DNA of 64,000 nucleotides, from contig NC_042999.1 in NCBI RefSeq assembly GCF_006345805.1, positions 128,464,001-128,528,000 of the forward strand, given 5' to 3'. Made by a program: the position numbers and the translations under genes. Source of the stretch: Octopus sinensis. Taxonomy: Eukaryota. The notes beneath the pieces were generated by a model. It had not been told where the DNA came from and searched no databases. It saw only the letters and a program-made list of their open reading frames with translations. Numbering within the stretch: position 1 is the first letter of the stretch; each line of letters begins with the position of its first letter. Below, piece by piece: positions 1 to 12,681 of this stretch.

Positions 1-83
<83 letters not shown>
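1..83. repeat. (TC)n microsatellite
   Basis: Near-perfect TC dinucleotide run. Confidence 0.98.
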
Positions 84-86
<3 letters not shown>

Positions 87-244
87 GTTTCCTCACTAAT
101 CTTATTTATAGCTAGCCAGTTAAGCAATGACTTTCAGACAACTGTTCCTCTAAAACAACACAAAAAAACAAAACAAAAAACTTCCAGATTCTTTATTGTG
201 TTTCTCCTCTGTATTGATTTACTCCACTCACATACACTTACTGT

Positions 245-635
245 CACCACCACCAACCCTTCCCCACATACATTACCATCACCTCCACTGCACCACCATG
301 GCTGCCACCAACATGACAACAACGACGATGTCGATGACGACGACGACGACCACCACCACCACCACCAACACTATGCTAAGTAACACTTTAATTTTCCTAA
401 CAGACAAACCAGGAACTATTTTTATTGGTGGTTTTGTAATCTCTGATCTTATTTTATTAAACAAAACAACAATTTATTTTGTAATCACCATCCTCGTTTT
501 TGTTGCCGTCATTGTTGTCGTCATCACTATTGCCATCGTCATCACCACCACCAATACCACTACTGCCATTGCACCATCATCTTCTTTATTATCATTTCTC
601 ACATCAACATCATCACCAGTATCACCAATGAGTCA
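245..635. repeat. Trinucleotide low-complexity mosaic (ACC/GAC/ATC)
   Basis: Runs of acc, gac, cat; explains the Thr/His/Asp-rich ORFs 134-639. Confidence 0.85.
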
Positions 636-794
636 ATGAGAGAACCTTATTGCAGTTGCTTGACCTGCAAGAAATAGCAGTGAATTCTTCCTCAAATTGT
701 ACTTTACAGTCTTGAAAAAGAAAGGGGTGAGCACATTGAATAACGTAATCTCAAATACACCTCTTCTTTTACCTGTTTCAGTTATTTCACTATA

Positions 795-985
795 GCCATA
801 CTAGAAAACTGCCATACAGGGTTTTAGATGAAGAATTTGACCCAGGACTTATTCTTTGTAAGCCTAGTACTTATTCTATCAGTTCTTTTTGCCAAACCAC
901 TAAGTTATGGGGTCATAAACACACCAACATCAATTGTCAAACGATGATTGGAAGGGGGTTCAAACACAAACACAAAGACACACAC
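795..985 (+). mobile_element. Cephalopod-type SINE-like interspersed repeat (degenerate)
   Basis: gacccaggacttattctttgtaagcctagtacttattctatc...aaacacaccaacatc ending in a CA tail; related copies at 40640-40860 and 62745-62935. Confidence 0.7.
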
Positions 986-1510
986 ACATAAATACACACA
1001 CACACACACACACAATCAAAATAAGTAACAGGATGCCAAGTATTAGTGCAATACGACTATTTCAAGCAGTTCCATTTAATTGAACAATGCAAGCATTACA
1101 TCAATTTAAATACAGTGCCATCTTCAGTTGCAAGAAATATGGATTTTCAACAGACAAGATATATTAATATAATTTTTCTCAAATATTTTATCAGAGCTAG
1201 AGGATGAAAGAATTTCATGTTGCTACTATTGCAGCAAGAATAAGCTAAGAGAAGAACAACTACAATTTTTGGAGTGGCATGGAATGGAATCCAGTGGTGG
1301 GGGGTCATAGGATTGTAATTCATTTCTAATTTTTTTATCTACTTTCTTATCATCAACAAAAGATCTAAGGCTAGTGGACTACGTTTATTGAAAATCAAGA
1401 GCATTGTGAGTTGACAGTTCAGAACTAGTTGGTGGACATAAATAAATATTACTAAATGTTCCCCCTATTCCTTAATTTCTTACTGCCATAAGTACCCCTC
1501 ATATGACAGG

Positions 1511-1554
<44 letters not shown>

Positions 1555-1582
1555 TCTTTCTATATATATATATATATATCTA

Positions 1583-1746
1583 TGACAGGCTTCTTTCAGT
1601 TTCCATCTACCAAATCCATTCACAAGGTTTTGGTCAGCCCAAGGCTATAGTAGACGACATTTGACCAAGGTGTCACACAGTGGAACTGAACTCAGAACCA
1701 TGAGGTTGGGATGCAAGTTTCTTGCCACACAGCCAAACCTGCACCT
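1583..1746 (-). mobile_element. tRNA-derived SINE (octopus OK-like family)
   Basis: Reverse complement matches the copy at 8976-9133 (ggctgtg..gtaag..ggttcagtcccac...ggatttggtagacagaaactgaaa). Confidence 0.8.
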
Positions 1747-1892
1747 GAGTTCATAGCTGGAAAGTTCTAGGACTAAATAGTATCACAGCCACAACTTCTG
1801 CCATAAACATCACCATTCACATTGTCGTCAACAAGTCTTTCTTCTGTTTCATTCCCACAGTGTCCAGACAATTACATATTGCAGATTTTCTC

Positions 1893-1893
1893 T

Positions 1894-1990
<97 letters not shown>

Positions 1991-2030
1991 TGTGTTTGTG
2001 TGTGCATGCATGTGTGTGCATGCATGTGTT
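1893..2030. repeat. (TG)n microsatellite
   Basis: Long TG run. Confidence 0.97.
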
Positions 2031-2399
2031 TGCAGAATCAGTTGAGTGTTGAATAAAATGCCTTGCAATATTTGTTATGATCCTCTGTGTATTGACTTTG
2101 AATCTTACAGAGGTCAGTTTTACTTCTCATCCTTTCAGAATAGATAAAAATAATAAAAACCACCAATCCAAGCAGAAAATTGGTAAAATTGTTAGAAGGT
2201 AAGTAAGATGTCTTGAGGAATTTTTTCTAGTTCTTAGCATTCTGATAGCTACCAAGCTGCATAAACCCTAACTGGCAGCTTTTCGTTTGGTTAAACAGCA
2301 GTGTTGTGAAAAGGGGAGACATGCATACATCAGCAACTGCCAGGCTTCTACAAAAGAACAAAATGAAATGAAAATAAAAATATTAGCCAGACCTGCACA

Positions 2400-2621
2400 T
2401 ATGAGGGGATGCTGTAAAGTTCCTGGCTTCAAGGGTACCATGAAAGGCCTGGTTGGAGGCCCAAACTTCCGAGTTCTTTTACAGGACTTAGAAAAACTGA
2501 AGGGCCACTGCAATAAGTGTGTGAATCTGAGAGGGGAATATATTGAATAAAATCATAATTAACTGATCTTCCTGTATTTTTGTTTTCCTCAAAGCCAGGA
2601 ATTTTTCAGCACATGTTCGTA
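2400..2621. mobile_element. Mariner-derived MITE
   Basis: Imperfect TIRs tatgaggggatgctgtaaagttcctggctt / aagccaggaatttttcagcacatgttcgta, TA at both ends. Confidence 0.75.
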
Positions 2622-2789
2622 CATGTGCAAATGCATAGTCAACCTTGTCTGAAAGAGGCCCTATATATATATATATATATCTGAGAAAACCTAGAGAAAC
2701 TCTAAAACAAGGCAAGATATGAGTGTACACCAGACACACACACACACATGTACACACATACACACGTACACACATACACGGACCACTTT

Positions 2790-2938
2790 CACTTTTTCCA
2801 TAAGTAAAATCCACACAAGGCTTCGGTTGGTGTGGGGCTACAGAAGAGATACTTGGCCAAGGTGCTATACAGTAGGACTAGACCCAAGACCACATGGTTC
2901 AAAAACAGGCTTCTCAACCACACAGCCATGCCTGCACC
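2790..2938 (-). mobile_element. tRNA-derived SINE (degenerate OK-like)
   Basis: Similar to 1583-1746. Confidence 0.65.
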
Positions 2939-3219
2939 TATACAATAGACTTTGAAAAAATATATTTTACATCTGCTTTTCAGTGCTGGCATGATTGGGT
3001 TGGATTCTTAATTGGGACGGTATTTTTATAGTTAGATGACTTCCTTGTTCCTAACCCTTAACTGTTTCCTAAGCTGGAGATTGCTTTTTATTCCACTGCA
3101 CTTTGAAAGCATAGAGTTACAGTATATATTGTTCACATAGAATGTGTGACATCACTGCTTTTTGCTCCGACAGTCTCATCTGAAAATGTGGAAATGTCAT
3201 CATTTATGCACCCCACCTC

Positions 3220-3346
3220 TCCATCCATCCATCCATCCATACATACATACATACATACATGCATGCATGCATGCATGCATACTTACCTACCTACATACAT
3301 ACATACATACATACATACAAACATACATACATACATACATATATAT

Positions 3347-3379
<33 letters not shown>

Positions 3380-3388
3380 TATATATAG
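3220..3388. repeat. (CATC)n/(CATA)n/(TA)n compound microsatellite
   Basis: Direct reading. Confidence 0.95.
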
Positions 3389-4344
3389 TGTAAACAGAGT
3401 TAGTGGTTATAATAACCGACTGTGGGATAAAACAGTTCTTATGTAGACTTATCATCCTCCTAGAAAAGTCAGAGGGTCACATCTCACTGCTATTCTGATG
3501 ATGGTTTCTATGGCTGATGTCATTCCTAACATTTTCTAGTTCACTGGATGCGTTTTACTGTAGCAGTAGCAATAAAGATACTATCATGTTCTCAATGAGA
3601 TTAAAGAGTTTTCTCTACCCTTCATTGTCTCTGATCATTCGCTAATCTGCAGAGTGTATTTGATGAATTCTATCATAGCACAAACGCTAAAGATGTCACT
3701 GCATGTTCTCTCTCTTCTCTATGGCCTCTATTTTGTTTTTATTTTTTTGCAAGGTAAACAAAGCTAAATGTATGAACTGAAGAGACCAAGTTGTAAAAGA
3801 GGTGAGAGTATGAATATGGGATGGAGAAAACAGAGCGGTAGACTGGTAGGTAAAAGAGTAATAAAAAAAGAGAGAATGATAGCTCCGTGCTGGTTGTTGG
3901 TAAGGAGACTGAGTAAGAAACAGCATGAGCAGTGTGACAGGGTAGCAATAAAGATGGGCTATGATTGGAGAGAGCAAGTTATGGACAGCAATAGAGATTA
4001 AGAGATGAAAAATAACATGGGGGAGAGAGAATAGAGGATACTGGATGCATATAGATCCTATGCCACCCCTCATTACACAGACATTATGATGAAAGAGTGG
4101 TAAAATGATACAGAGGTAATAGTTGATGGAGATGCATAGATCAAATGCCATTTCTTTACTCACAAGCAATGTACTGCATCTTCTACTGGCTATTGTGGAT
4201 ATAGTATTAGCCATCAATAAATATATTTTACTCACCAGATAACTATATTTTAACTGTCTAATGTCTTTAATATGAATTCATTTCTATAACTCTCTAATTA
4301 TTGTGTACATGATGACAAGGCAAATTCGATCAGTATTTCTCTTA

Positions 4345-5592
4345 CAAGGTGGTATTAAAAGGTTCCTGGAACAGTTATGTTTAGTTAAAAAAATTATTAT
4401 TTACTTAGTTTTAACATCATCTCTTTCGAAATAGTCACCTTGCACAGTGATACCACTTTTGGAATCTGGCCTGGAAGTCATTTTCCATAAGTGAGTTGAG
4501 GACCTTCTACAATTCACTCTGAATTCCAACAACAGTGTTCAAATGGCAACCTTTGAGCTGCATTTTCATCTTGGGGGAGAGATGGAAGCCTGCAGGTGCT
4601 AAATCTGGTGAATGGAGTGGGTGCAGAAGTGATATCATGTCGTTTTTTTATGAGAAACTCACAAGTGAGGAGAGCTCTGTGACATGATGCATTGTTGTCT
4701 TGAAGAATCCAATTCTTTGTGCTTATCCTCCCCTGTTGCTTATCCTCCCCTGAACACGTCAACGTCCTCTCCCTGAAACACTTCAAAATGCCACAGTAGA
4801 ACTCTCAATTGGATGTCAGAAAAAACGGTGAGCATGCTCTTGATAGAGCTGCAGCTCTGCCGTGCATTCTTTAGTTGAGAAGATGAAAGACTCTTCCATT
4901 GTTATGACTGCTGCTTTGTCTCAGGGTCATACCTGTAGACCCAACTCTTGTCACCAGTGATGATCCTCGACATGAAAGATGGGTCATCATTAGCACATTG
5001 ATAGAGATCTTGACCGATTTTGATATGATGTTTTTTTCTGCTCATTGGTCAACAGGCCGGGATCAAACTTGGCAGAAACACACCGCATGCTCAATTCAGA
5101 CATTAGGATTGCCTGAACAGACCCATACAACAGATCAACAACATCACCAATGTCATTGATTGTCCTCCGTTGATGAATTTTCTCCACATTTCTGGGGATG
5201 ACACTTGTGGCAGGTCTTCCAGATTGCTCATTCATCTTCCAGAGACGTTTTTCCGATTTTGAAGTGCCTGTGTCACTTGAAACATTACATATGACTCACT
5301 GCCTCATCGCCATAAGCTTGCCAAAACATGCTCAATGTCTCTGTGACAGAATTCTCGAGTTTAACACAAAATTTCACACTGGCTCTTTGTTCCAGCTTCC
5401 TGTCCATGCAGACTACAGCTTACATGTGATCACAAAAACACAAATTTCACAACTTGCAAAGTAAACACAGCAATGTCACTTGGCACACTGCCTCGTGAGG
5501 ATCACTGCTAGCTCTCACTATGCTTGCAACCATGTACATTTATCTGTTGGTTTGCTACAGAACTAGTCCAGGAACTCTTTGATAGCACCATG
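4345..5592 (-). mobile_element. Full-length decayed mariner transposon (~1.25 kb)
   Basis: TIRs caaggtggtattaaaaggttcctgga / tccaggaactctttgatagcaccatg; minus-strand remnants SGRPATS, VSAKFDPGLLT (WVPHEL-like), WILQDNNASCH; broken by stops and frameshifts. Confidence 0.9.
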
Positions 5593-5823
5593 TGGTCCAT
5601 GTCAATAAACTCATTATTTTAATATATTTATTTGCTAGCAATATCACAAATTACAGAGAAGCTATATATCCATAATTGTTTCCAATATTTGCCAATAAAA
5701 GAAACATTTTTATTTCCTATAATAATATATATATATATTTTGACCAATGAATATTGCAACCATTACAGATATATTTTCAGCTACATAACTGTGTAATTAT
5801 TAAGTGGATGGCATCAAGATAAA

Positions 5824-6216
5824 TCTCTCTATATATAAAGCTGAAGTTGTCTGTGTATGGCAGGTTTGGTAGCCTTCAACTAACACTATCTCCTTCGAGA
5901 CCCTGCGGCACAAGTTGACCAAAATTGAGAGTATGATAGAAGAAAACTTACTCTTCCTTCCGCAGAAGAAAAAATTCAAATCAGACCATGTTAACACCAA
6001 AATTTATTTACATCAAAAAGGTGCTTTTTTTTTCTATGAAAAGCCCTATTTTTTATGATTTTTTGACTGAAGTGTCACCATTTTTCGGTGTATTTCAACC
6101 ATAAAAAAGTTCACTTAAAGAGAATAACATGCTACATAATGCAAAATTTTTACTTTTCAAAATTCCAATTCTAAAGGGTCAAAACAAACCCAAGCAATGC
6201 CGGGCAATACTGCTAG
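5824..6216 (+). mobile_element. Non-autonomous Helitron
   Basis: 5' TC (tctctctatatataaagc), 3' CTAG preceded by a GC-rich hairpin remnant cccaagcaatgccggg, inserted between A and T, no TSD. Confidence 0.7.
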
Positions 6217-6399
6217 TATTTGATAAAGGTTAGTTTGATTGTGATCAATGACTTAAAGAGTATTGGATAACTAACGTTGAACACATCACAAAGATTGGAG
6301 GTGATATTAGTGGCAAGTTTCTGTGAGGGATCCCAACAACCAATCAAAATATGAAACATTAGCAGAAGAACTAGCAGAATTGTAAGATAATACAATTGA

Positions 6400-6445
6400 T
6401 GATGGTAGCAGTGGCAAATGCAATGAATATGAATAGATGGTGATA

Positions 6446-6481
<36 letters not shown>

Positions 6482-6695
6482 GCGGTGGTGTTGGCGGTGG
6501 TGGTGGTTTTTGGTGGTGAAGAGGAGGAAAGAGGTTGGTCATGTTGATATGATGTTGATTTTAATGTTGATATTGATGCCAGCAATAATGATATTGATAA
6601 GGAAATTGATAATGATGTGGAGGAGGGGGAGGAGGAGGAGGAAGAGGAGGGAGAGGAAGGAGAGGATGGAGAGGACAATATTCAATAATGATAAT
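6400..6695. repeat. Trinucleotide mosaic (GAT/GGT/GGA)
   Basis: Direct reading; explains the poly-S/P/I ORFs. Confidence 0.9.
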
Positions 6696-6699
6696 TAGA

Positions 6700-7860
6700 T
6701 GCCAACAATAATTAATTGCCAACCTTTGACTGAATGGTTTTCTTTAGGAATTACATATAATCATGAACTTGCACAAAATTCTATGTTATATAATATGCTC
6801 TCCTGACCAAAATTATGTAATCTCCTAAATTATATAATCCAAGAATCTGCACTTTCAGCAGTATAAAAATCAAAACTAAGAACCAACGGAATCAACCATT
6901 TTAATCAACCATAAGAAAGGAAACAATTTGATTGAAGTATATCTAAGATTAAATTTAATAATAGCCTTAGCAGTTTAGCAATTTATTGATTCTGTATGTA
7001 TGCATGTGTGATCTAAAATTCAAATACCAAATCCCACCATGATTTATTACGAAATGATTATCTTTCATACTCCAGTGTACGCGACATATTTTGTAAATCC
7101 TTTTACCAGTTTATTAGAACTATAAAAAAAAATGTTAGAGAATATCTAATATCTACTGGACATTTTAAGAGCCCATGGATTTTTCTGATTCATAAAATAA
7201 TGTAAGTTTTGTTTTCAAATAATATTTTGACCCAATAAAGGTGTTAAATGATCAATTGCCTCTTTAAACTCAGACTACAATTTTTCTTTCATTGTCAAGT
7301 AAGTTTTATTAAGCATTCATTTCCAAAACTATCCTGTTTCAAAATTCATTATTTCTTCATCAGCATAACATCTATAAATTTTTCAATTATAATGCTGACC
7401 CTATGAGTTTTAGTTCATTTTTTAAAAATCTGTTGAACATCTACCTCTTCTAGGCAATATCTTGTTGTTTCCTCTTTTCAGTTTTTCTCTCCTTTTTCTC
7501 TGACTGCTGCAAACAGATGCACAGACTTTGTTTATATGACCATTTGACTTGGAGGAGTATGCTTTTGGTTGCAATCTTCAATTTAAATCAACAAGAGATA
7601 TTACATTCTAATCATTACATCACTTCTGTTTCTTGTTTGCAAATTCAATGACAAAGCAGCACTTTAAACTTGTTTATAAAGTTTGTATTTGAATAATGTT
7701 TTGCACTGTTGATTCACCAATAATGGTCCTGGCCTTCTTCAAATTTAGTAAAAATTCTTTCGTTTTCTAATTATTGCTAATTTTTCTTCCAATCTTATTA
7801 TTCTTCTCTTCAACTTAGCACTTTTACTGCTTGTGGCACCTACTCATTTAGAATTCCAAA
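6700..7860 (-). mobile_element. Possible highly decayed Penelope-like retroelement fragment
   Basis: Minus-strand remnant LYVIPKENHSVKGWQLIIVG near 6720-6770 resembles the Penelope RT LPKIHK..GRPIV motif; many stops. Confidence 0.3.
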
Positions 7861-8270
7861 TAATAAATTGAACGTTTGGAAATACAGTAAACATCCAATT
7901 AATCTAATGTCAAATAATACCTCATTCTGAAAAGCACAATGTATAAATAACTGTTTACAGACATAGCAGTGAACAACTTAATAAAAATAACCTGTCTAAA
8001 AGAAAATTCATGTCTAAAACAAAGAATTATAGCAGTAAATTCAGTAGCAGATAAAAGAAAGGAAATTACACTCCATTATTTTTCATTTCTTATACATATT
8101 CATCACAATAAATCAAATATTTGTGTGCAGTATTGGAGTATACCCATTTATTATAAACTCCAATGGGACATAGAGTGGTTGTTCATAGAACATATGTTTG
8201 TGTGCATAAGTGAACATGTGTGTGTGTGTGTGTGTATAGGTACATGTACATGTATGTATATATCTATCTA

Positions 8271-8323
<53 letters not shown>

Positions 8324-8326
8324 ATA

Positions 8327-8730
8327 CAGAGTATTCAGAATGTCTCTCTGCAATATTTTATTGCAAAGTAAATATTTATAAGATGATATAAGACTACATA
8401 AGAATATATTAGACTTTACAAGACTTTAAAAATCTTTATAAGAGTTATTGAAAGCGTCATCCTTCATTTTCAATGCATAAGTTGACTCTTTTACATATAT
8501 TTTGAAATACATCTTGGAGAGTGTGATGCAGTATGGACCGTGTGAAGGTTATGATTGCATCTTTTAGCTCATTAATGGTTTTCAGGCGATTCGTGTACAC
8601 TGATCCTTTACTTGCTCCCCAGAAAAAAAAGTCTGGCGGTGTTAAATCAAGTGATCTTGGTGGCCAAAGTCCCTTCGAAATAGTCCATTCACCAAAAAAT
8701 TCACTGCAGAGAGACTTTTTGAACTCCCTG
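8327..8730 (-). mobile_element. Internally deleted Tc1/mariner element
   Basis: TIRs cagagtattcagaatgtctctctgca / tgcagagagactttttgaactccctg; minus strand WPPRSLDLTPPDFFFWG..VY..TINELKDAI (transposase C-terminus). Confidence 0.85.
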
Positions 8731-8736
8731 TGTATG

Positions 8737-8791
<55 letters not shown>

Positions 8792-8975
8792 ACCTAAATA
8801 TATGTATGTAGAGCTCAGTTTATGTCACTACATGTTTCTCACTCTCCTCCCACTCTCTTGCAATTTTTCAGCATCCATCATCTCCCTGATACTTATCTGT
8901 GTCCTATCTACTATTTTGTTATTATTCTTCTACTCCTCACTCTTTCTGGACTACATACATACATACATACATATA

Positions 8976-9133
8976 GGAGTGGCTGTGAGGTAAGTAGCTT
9001 GCTTACCAACCACATGGTTCCAGGTTCAGTCCCACTGTTTTACACCTTGGGCAAGTGTCTTCTACTATAGCCTCAGGCCGACCAAAGCCTTGTGAGTGGA
9101 TTTGGTAGACAGAAACTGAAAAAATCCTGTCAT
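8976..9133 (+). mobile_element. tRNA-derived SINE (OK-like)
   Basis: Pol III A/B-box-like ggctgtgaggtaag and ggttcagtccc, family body. Confidence 0.85.
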
Positions 9134-9189
9134 ATGCGGAGAAATGGGTTGATAAGGTAATCAAGGTAGTCAGAATCTGTGACTACCTT

Positions 9190-9322
9190 GACAACTGTGG
9201 AAGACAACTGGAGGTTTCTACAGGACAACCTGTTGAAGGCCACTGACCAGATCTGTGGATGGTGAAAAGTCTCCTCTTGACCCAAGGTAACTTGGTGGTG
9301 GAACAATGTAGTTGACAGGGCC

Positions 9323-9327
<5 letters not shown>
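9190..9327 (+). mobile_element. RTE-clade LINE internal fragment
   Basis: VEDNWRFLQDNLLKATDQICGW*..KVTWWWNNVVDRAI, typical RTE EN-RT linker. Confidence 0.75.
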
Positions 9328-9363
<36 letters not shown>

Positions 9364-9519
9364 CTTAGATGCAGCACGGACTTTGTCAGTGAACAGGTCG
9401 CGGATTTTAGCGACGAAAATATTTTGACAAATTAAACTTAAATGTTGAAGTGAATCGAACGGCTTTTGTGTGTTTCTTAAATGGCTTATAAACACCTTCC
9501 ACGCTGCAATTGTATATAT

Positions 9520-10765
9520 ATTGGTTGTCCAGAAAGTTCGTGCCGATTTTTAAAGGAAAGAAAAAGATCAATAAATACATGCCATTACATGTTTAATCAA
9601 CCGAATATGAGCCATTTTGTTGCACAATGCATCTCCATCTTTCCTTTAACTTGAAAAAAACCGTCTTCCCAGAATAGAGGTGGTTTCAGGGCAAAGAATT
9701 CATCGAGGTATCTTTTTACGTCATCCAAGGAATTGAAATTTTTACCATTAAGACTATTCCGCAGAAACCTGAATAAGTGGAAATCCGAAGGAGCAATATC
9801 TGGTGAATATGGGGGGTGGGGTAACACATCCCAGCTGAGCTGCAGCAAATTTTGCCTGGTTCCCAAAGAAACATGCAGTCTTGCATTATCATGTTGGAAA
9901 ACAACACCCTTCCTGTTGGCCAATTCTGGACATTTCTCTTGAATTGCTGCTTTTAACTTGTCCAGTTGTGTGCAGTATTTCTCAGGATTAATTGTCTGGT
10001 TACTTAGAAGAAGCTCATAGTAAAGAATTCCTTTCAAAGACTTTTTAGGGTGAAGACCCAATTTTGGGGTGGCTAAGGGAGATTCATGTCGCTTACTCCA
10101 GGATCGCTTTCTCTGAACATTTTGGCAGATAATCCATTTCTCATCACCTGTCACAATTTGCTTTAAAAAAGGTGCATTTTCATTCCGTTTATAAAGCGAA
10201 ATGTGATCCAAAAGGTTCTTCTCAATCAACTCATGTGGTACCCAGTCATCATAGCGATTTGTGTACCCAAGCTTTACCGGGTACTCATGAATGATGGATT
10301 TTGATAGGTTGAGGCTTTCTGCCGGTTCTTGGGTTGTGCAACGTGGGTTATTCTCAATTGATTTGGTCATCATCTGTAGTGGATGGTCTGCTTGATCGCT
10401 CTTCATCAATAAGGCTACGATCTCTGGCTCAGAACATTGTGAACCACTTCTGTGCAGTTCTTTCAGATAAAGAAACATCACCGTAAACTGCGCATATTTC
10501 TTTGGTTGCTTGAGAGGCATTTTTTCCTTTACGGAAAAAGGAAAGCATCAAGTGCCGAAAATGAACTTTCTTATCTTCCATTTTAAAAGGTTACAGAATT
10601 AACACAGGTTATAGGAACATAAACCTTCTTCCATGAAAAGATAGCTTAAACTGTGCTCTAAATGGAGGTGTAGTCAAATCCTATTTTATGGACTCAACCA
10701 TGTTCTAAAATAAGTTGAAAGGTAAGCTACTATAAATCAGCATGAACTATTGGGACAACCCAATA
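9520..10765 (-). mobile_element. Mariner (D,D34D, Mos1/Hsmar1-like) transposon
   Basis: TIRs ttggttgtccagaaagttcgtgccgattt / aaatcagcatgaactattgggacaacccaa, TA flanks; transposase ORF inside. Confidence 0.95.
9597..10520 (-). CDS. Mariner transposase ORF (307 aa; N-terminal HTH region disrupted)
   Basis: WVPHEL, IVTGDEKW, HDNARLH, YSPDIAPSDFHLF motifs; 34 residues between 2nd and 3rd catalytic Asp. Confidence 0.85.
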   Translation of the reverse strand: MPLKQPKKYAQFTVMFLYLKELHRSGSQCSEPEIVALLMKSDQADHPLQMMTKSIENNPRCTTQEPAESLNLSKSIIHEYPVKLGYTNRYDDWVPHELIEKNLLDHISLYKRNENAPFLKQIVTGDEKWIICQNVQRKRSWSKRHESPLATPKLGLHPKKSLKGILYYELLLSNQTINPEKYCTQLDKLKAAIQEKCPELANRKGVVFQHDNARLHVSLGTRQNLLQLSWDVLPHPPYSPDIAPSDFHLFRFLRNSLNGKNFNSLDDVKRYLDEFFALKPPLFWEDGFFQVKGKMEMHCATKWLIFG

Positions 10766-11589
10766 TATATATATAATTTACTATCATCTGGGCAATAACC
10801 TTATTGCATGCTATTCAAATTTCAACCTACAGGTGTCAGCTACCACATGCTATCATGCAGTAGAACTTCCTCTTTCACTGGCTATACATGTAGAAATTTG
10901 TTAATATCCACAGAATTTACACAAAGAATTTTAATAAAAGAAAATAGAATGAAAAGATTTTATTCCAAATCACTACATTTGCTTTTGTACATCAGTATCA
11001 GCTGGTAATTACTGAATGTTACACATATTATACACATTATTGCACTAATATGATTCAACAATAACTGTGTACTTGCACGTCTTCAGATGAGTAAGGTTAA
11101 GAGCACTGCTGGATCATCTTTTATTTTATATTCTTATGCTATTTTTAGCATTTCATCGACAAAGGACAATATGGAAGTACAAAGAGATACAATTATTGCT
11201 TTAATGCAGAGTATCAGGATACAATATTGGCCAATGCTGGATTAAATATACACATAACAATAGTATAGGTAATCAATATAAAAATGAAAGTAATGAAAAT
11301 TGAAAATATATAGAGATAGGTATGTTAGCAAACATAAAGTGGATGGAAATCTTAAGGTTAGCATTATGGAAGGGAAGGCCAAAACTTAAATCTGAGTCAA
11401 AATGTGGAATAAAAATAAATGCAAATAGAAATATAGATCTAAAGAAATATGTTGGAAATAGGAAAAGAAAAGCTTACTTAAATTTTAATTTGCTTAACTC
11501 TACCAAGCATGATAACAATTACACTAAACCTAATAATAAGTCTAATGATGTAGCATATTATGGTTTAATCTAGTGTTTGGATTACATGT

Positions 11590-12360
11590 AGTATCTAAAA
11601 GGCTAGAGCATTTTTTCCCACATTAGATATGCATTTCCCTAAATCCAGTTGATACTATGAAATTTTTAACAGGCATATGGGGAAACTGTCTATTGCAATG
11701 TCAAATAACCTTGAGTACCATGTTCATAAACTTAACAATGGGAAGCTGAATCTAGCAATCGCAAATTCTATAAATATTATCTGAAATAGCATCAGTCCAG
11801 CAAATAGGGACAATCAGAATAGTGGATGGCATAATTATAATAATCAAATGATACTAATATAAGTGGAAATATCAACCTTAACATAGATAGTATGAGTAAC
11901 CATGAGAATGTTATAAGCACCAGTAATAATAACACTGAGAATAATGGTAATGTATATAAAATATTAACAATTACAACAATGCTACTAAGAAGAAATATAT
12001 AAAAATGATTACAAGTTTCAAATAATGATATAAAAAATGCAATTTTAGAGATAAGAAAGTATGCCCTTTGGTGAATTAGTGTTTACATAGAAACATTGTA
12101 TACAGATGTACTTTAAGAACAAGTGCACCGGTATATACATATATAGGTGCAACAAGTGACGGTTGGCAAAACTATTCAGAATAAATTAGGAATGACTGCA
12201 GAAGACATTGTATATCACTCACTGACCTTATATGGGACCACAAACACAAAAAGATACAATACAGCTCAACTTGGTCAGTAATATGAAATGTATACACATA
12301 TAATGCATACTAAAATGTATGTAATCTTTGCCTATGAAGAACACTAGAAATAATATTGTG
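11590..12360 (+). mobile_element. Penelope-like element 3' fragment with GIY-YIG endonuclease (pseudogene)
   Basis: One frame from 12038: CNFRDKKVCPLVN*CLHRNIVYRCTLRTSAPVYTYIGAT...LTDLIWDHK...W...CNLCL; IVY/YIG motifs with Cys-rich flanks. Confidence 0.8.
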
Positions 12361-12605
12361 CAATGATGATATCATTAACAATTTTGGAAAAACATGTCAT
12401 ATTTAATAATTTAATATCACATCAATTCTTAATTAACTCAAAGATGTTATTATAGGTTTGTATTCTCATTAATAGTATGACTATATTGGTTTTTATCAAA
12501 TTTAAGTAACTTAAGTTATTTCATAATATTTTGTAAGTGTGTATAGTTACTTGGTTAAAAGGAAAGCAACTATAGAAAGGATCTATTTACTATGATGTAA
12601 TGACA

Positions 12606-12668
<63 letters not shown>

Positions 12669-12681
12669 CATAAATAATAAT

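Noticed and set aside
196-639. 147-aa Thr-rich ORF and overlapping ORFs
   Set aside because: Translation of trinucleotide repeats; no domain signal
3696-4235. 179-aa minus-strand hydrophobic ORF
   Set aside because: Reverse of purine-rich low-complexity DNA; no recognisable motif
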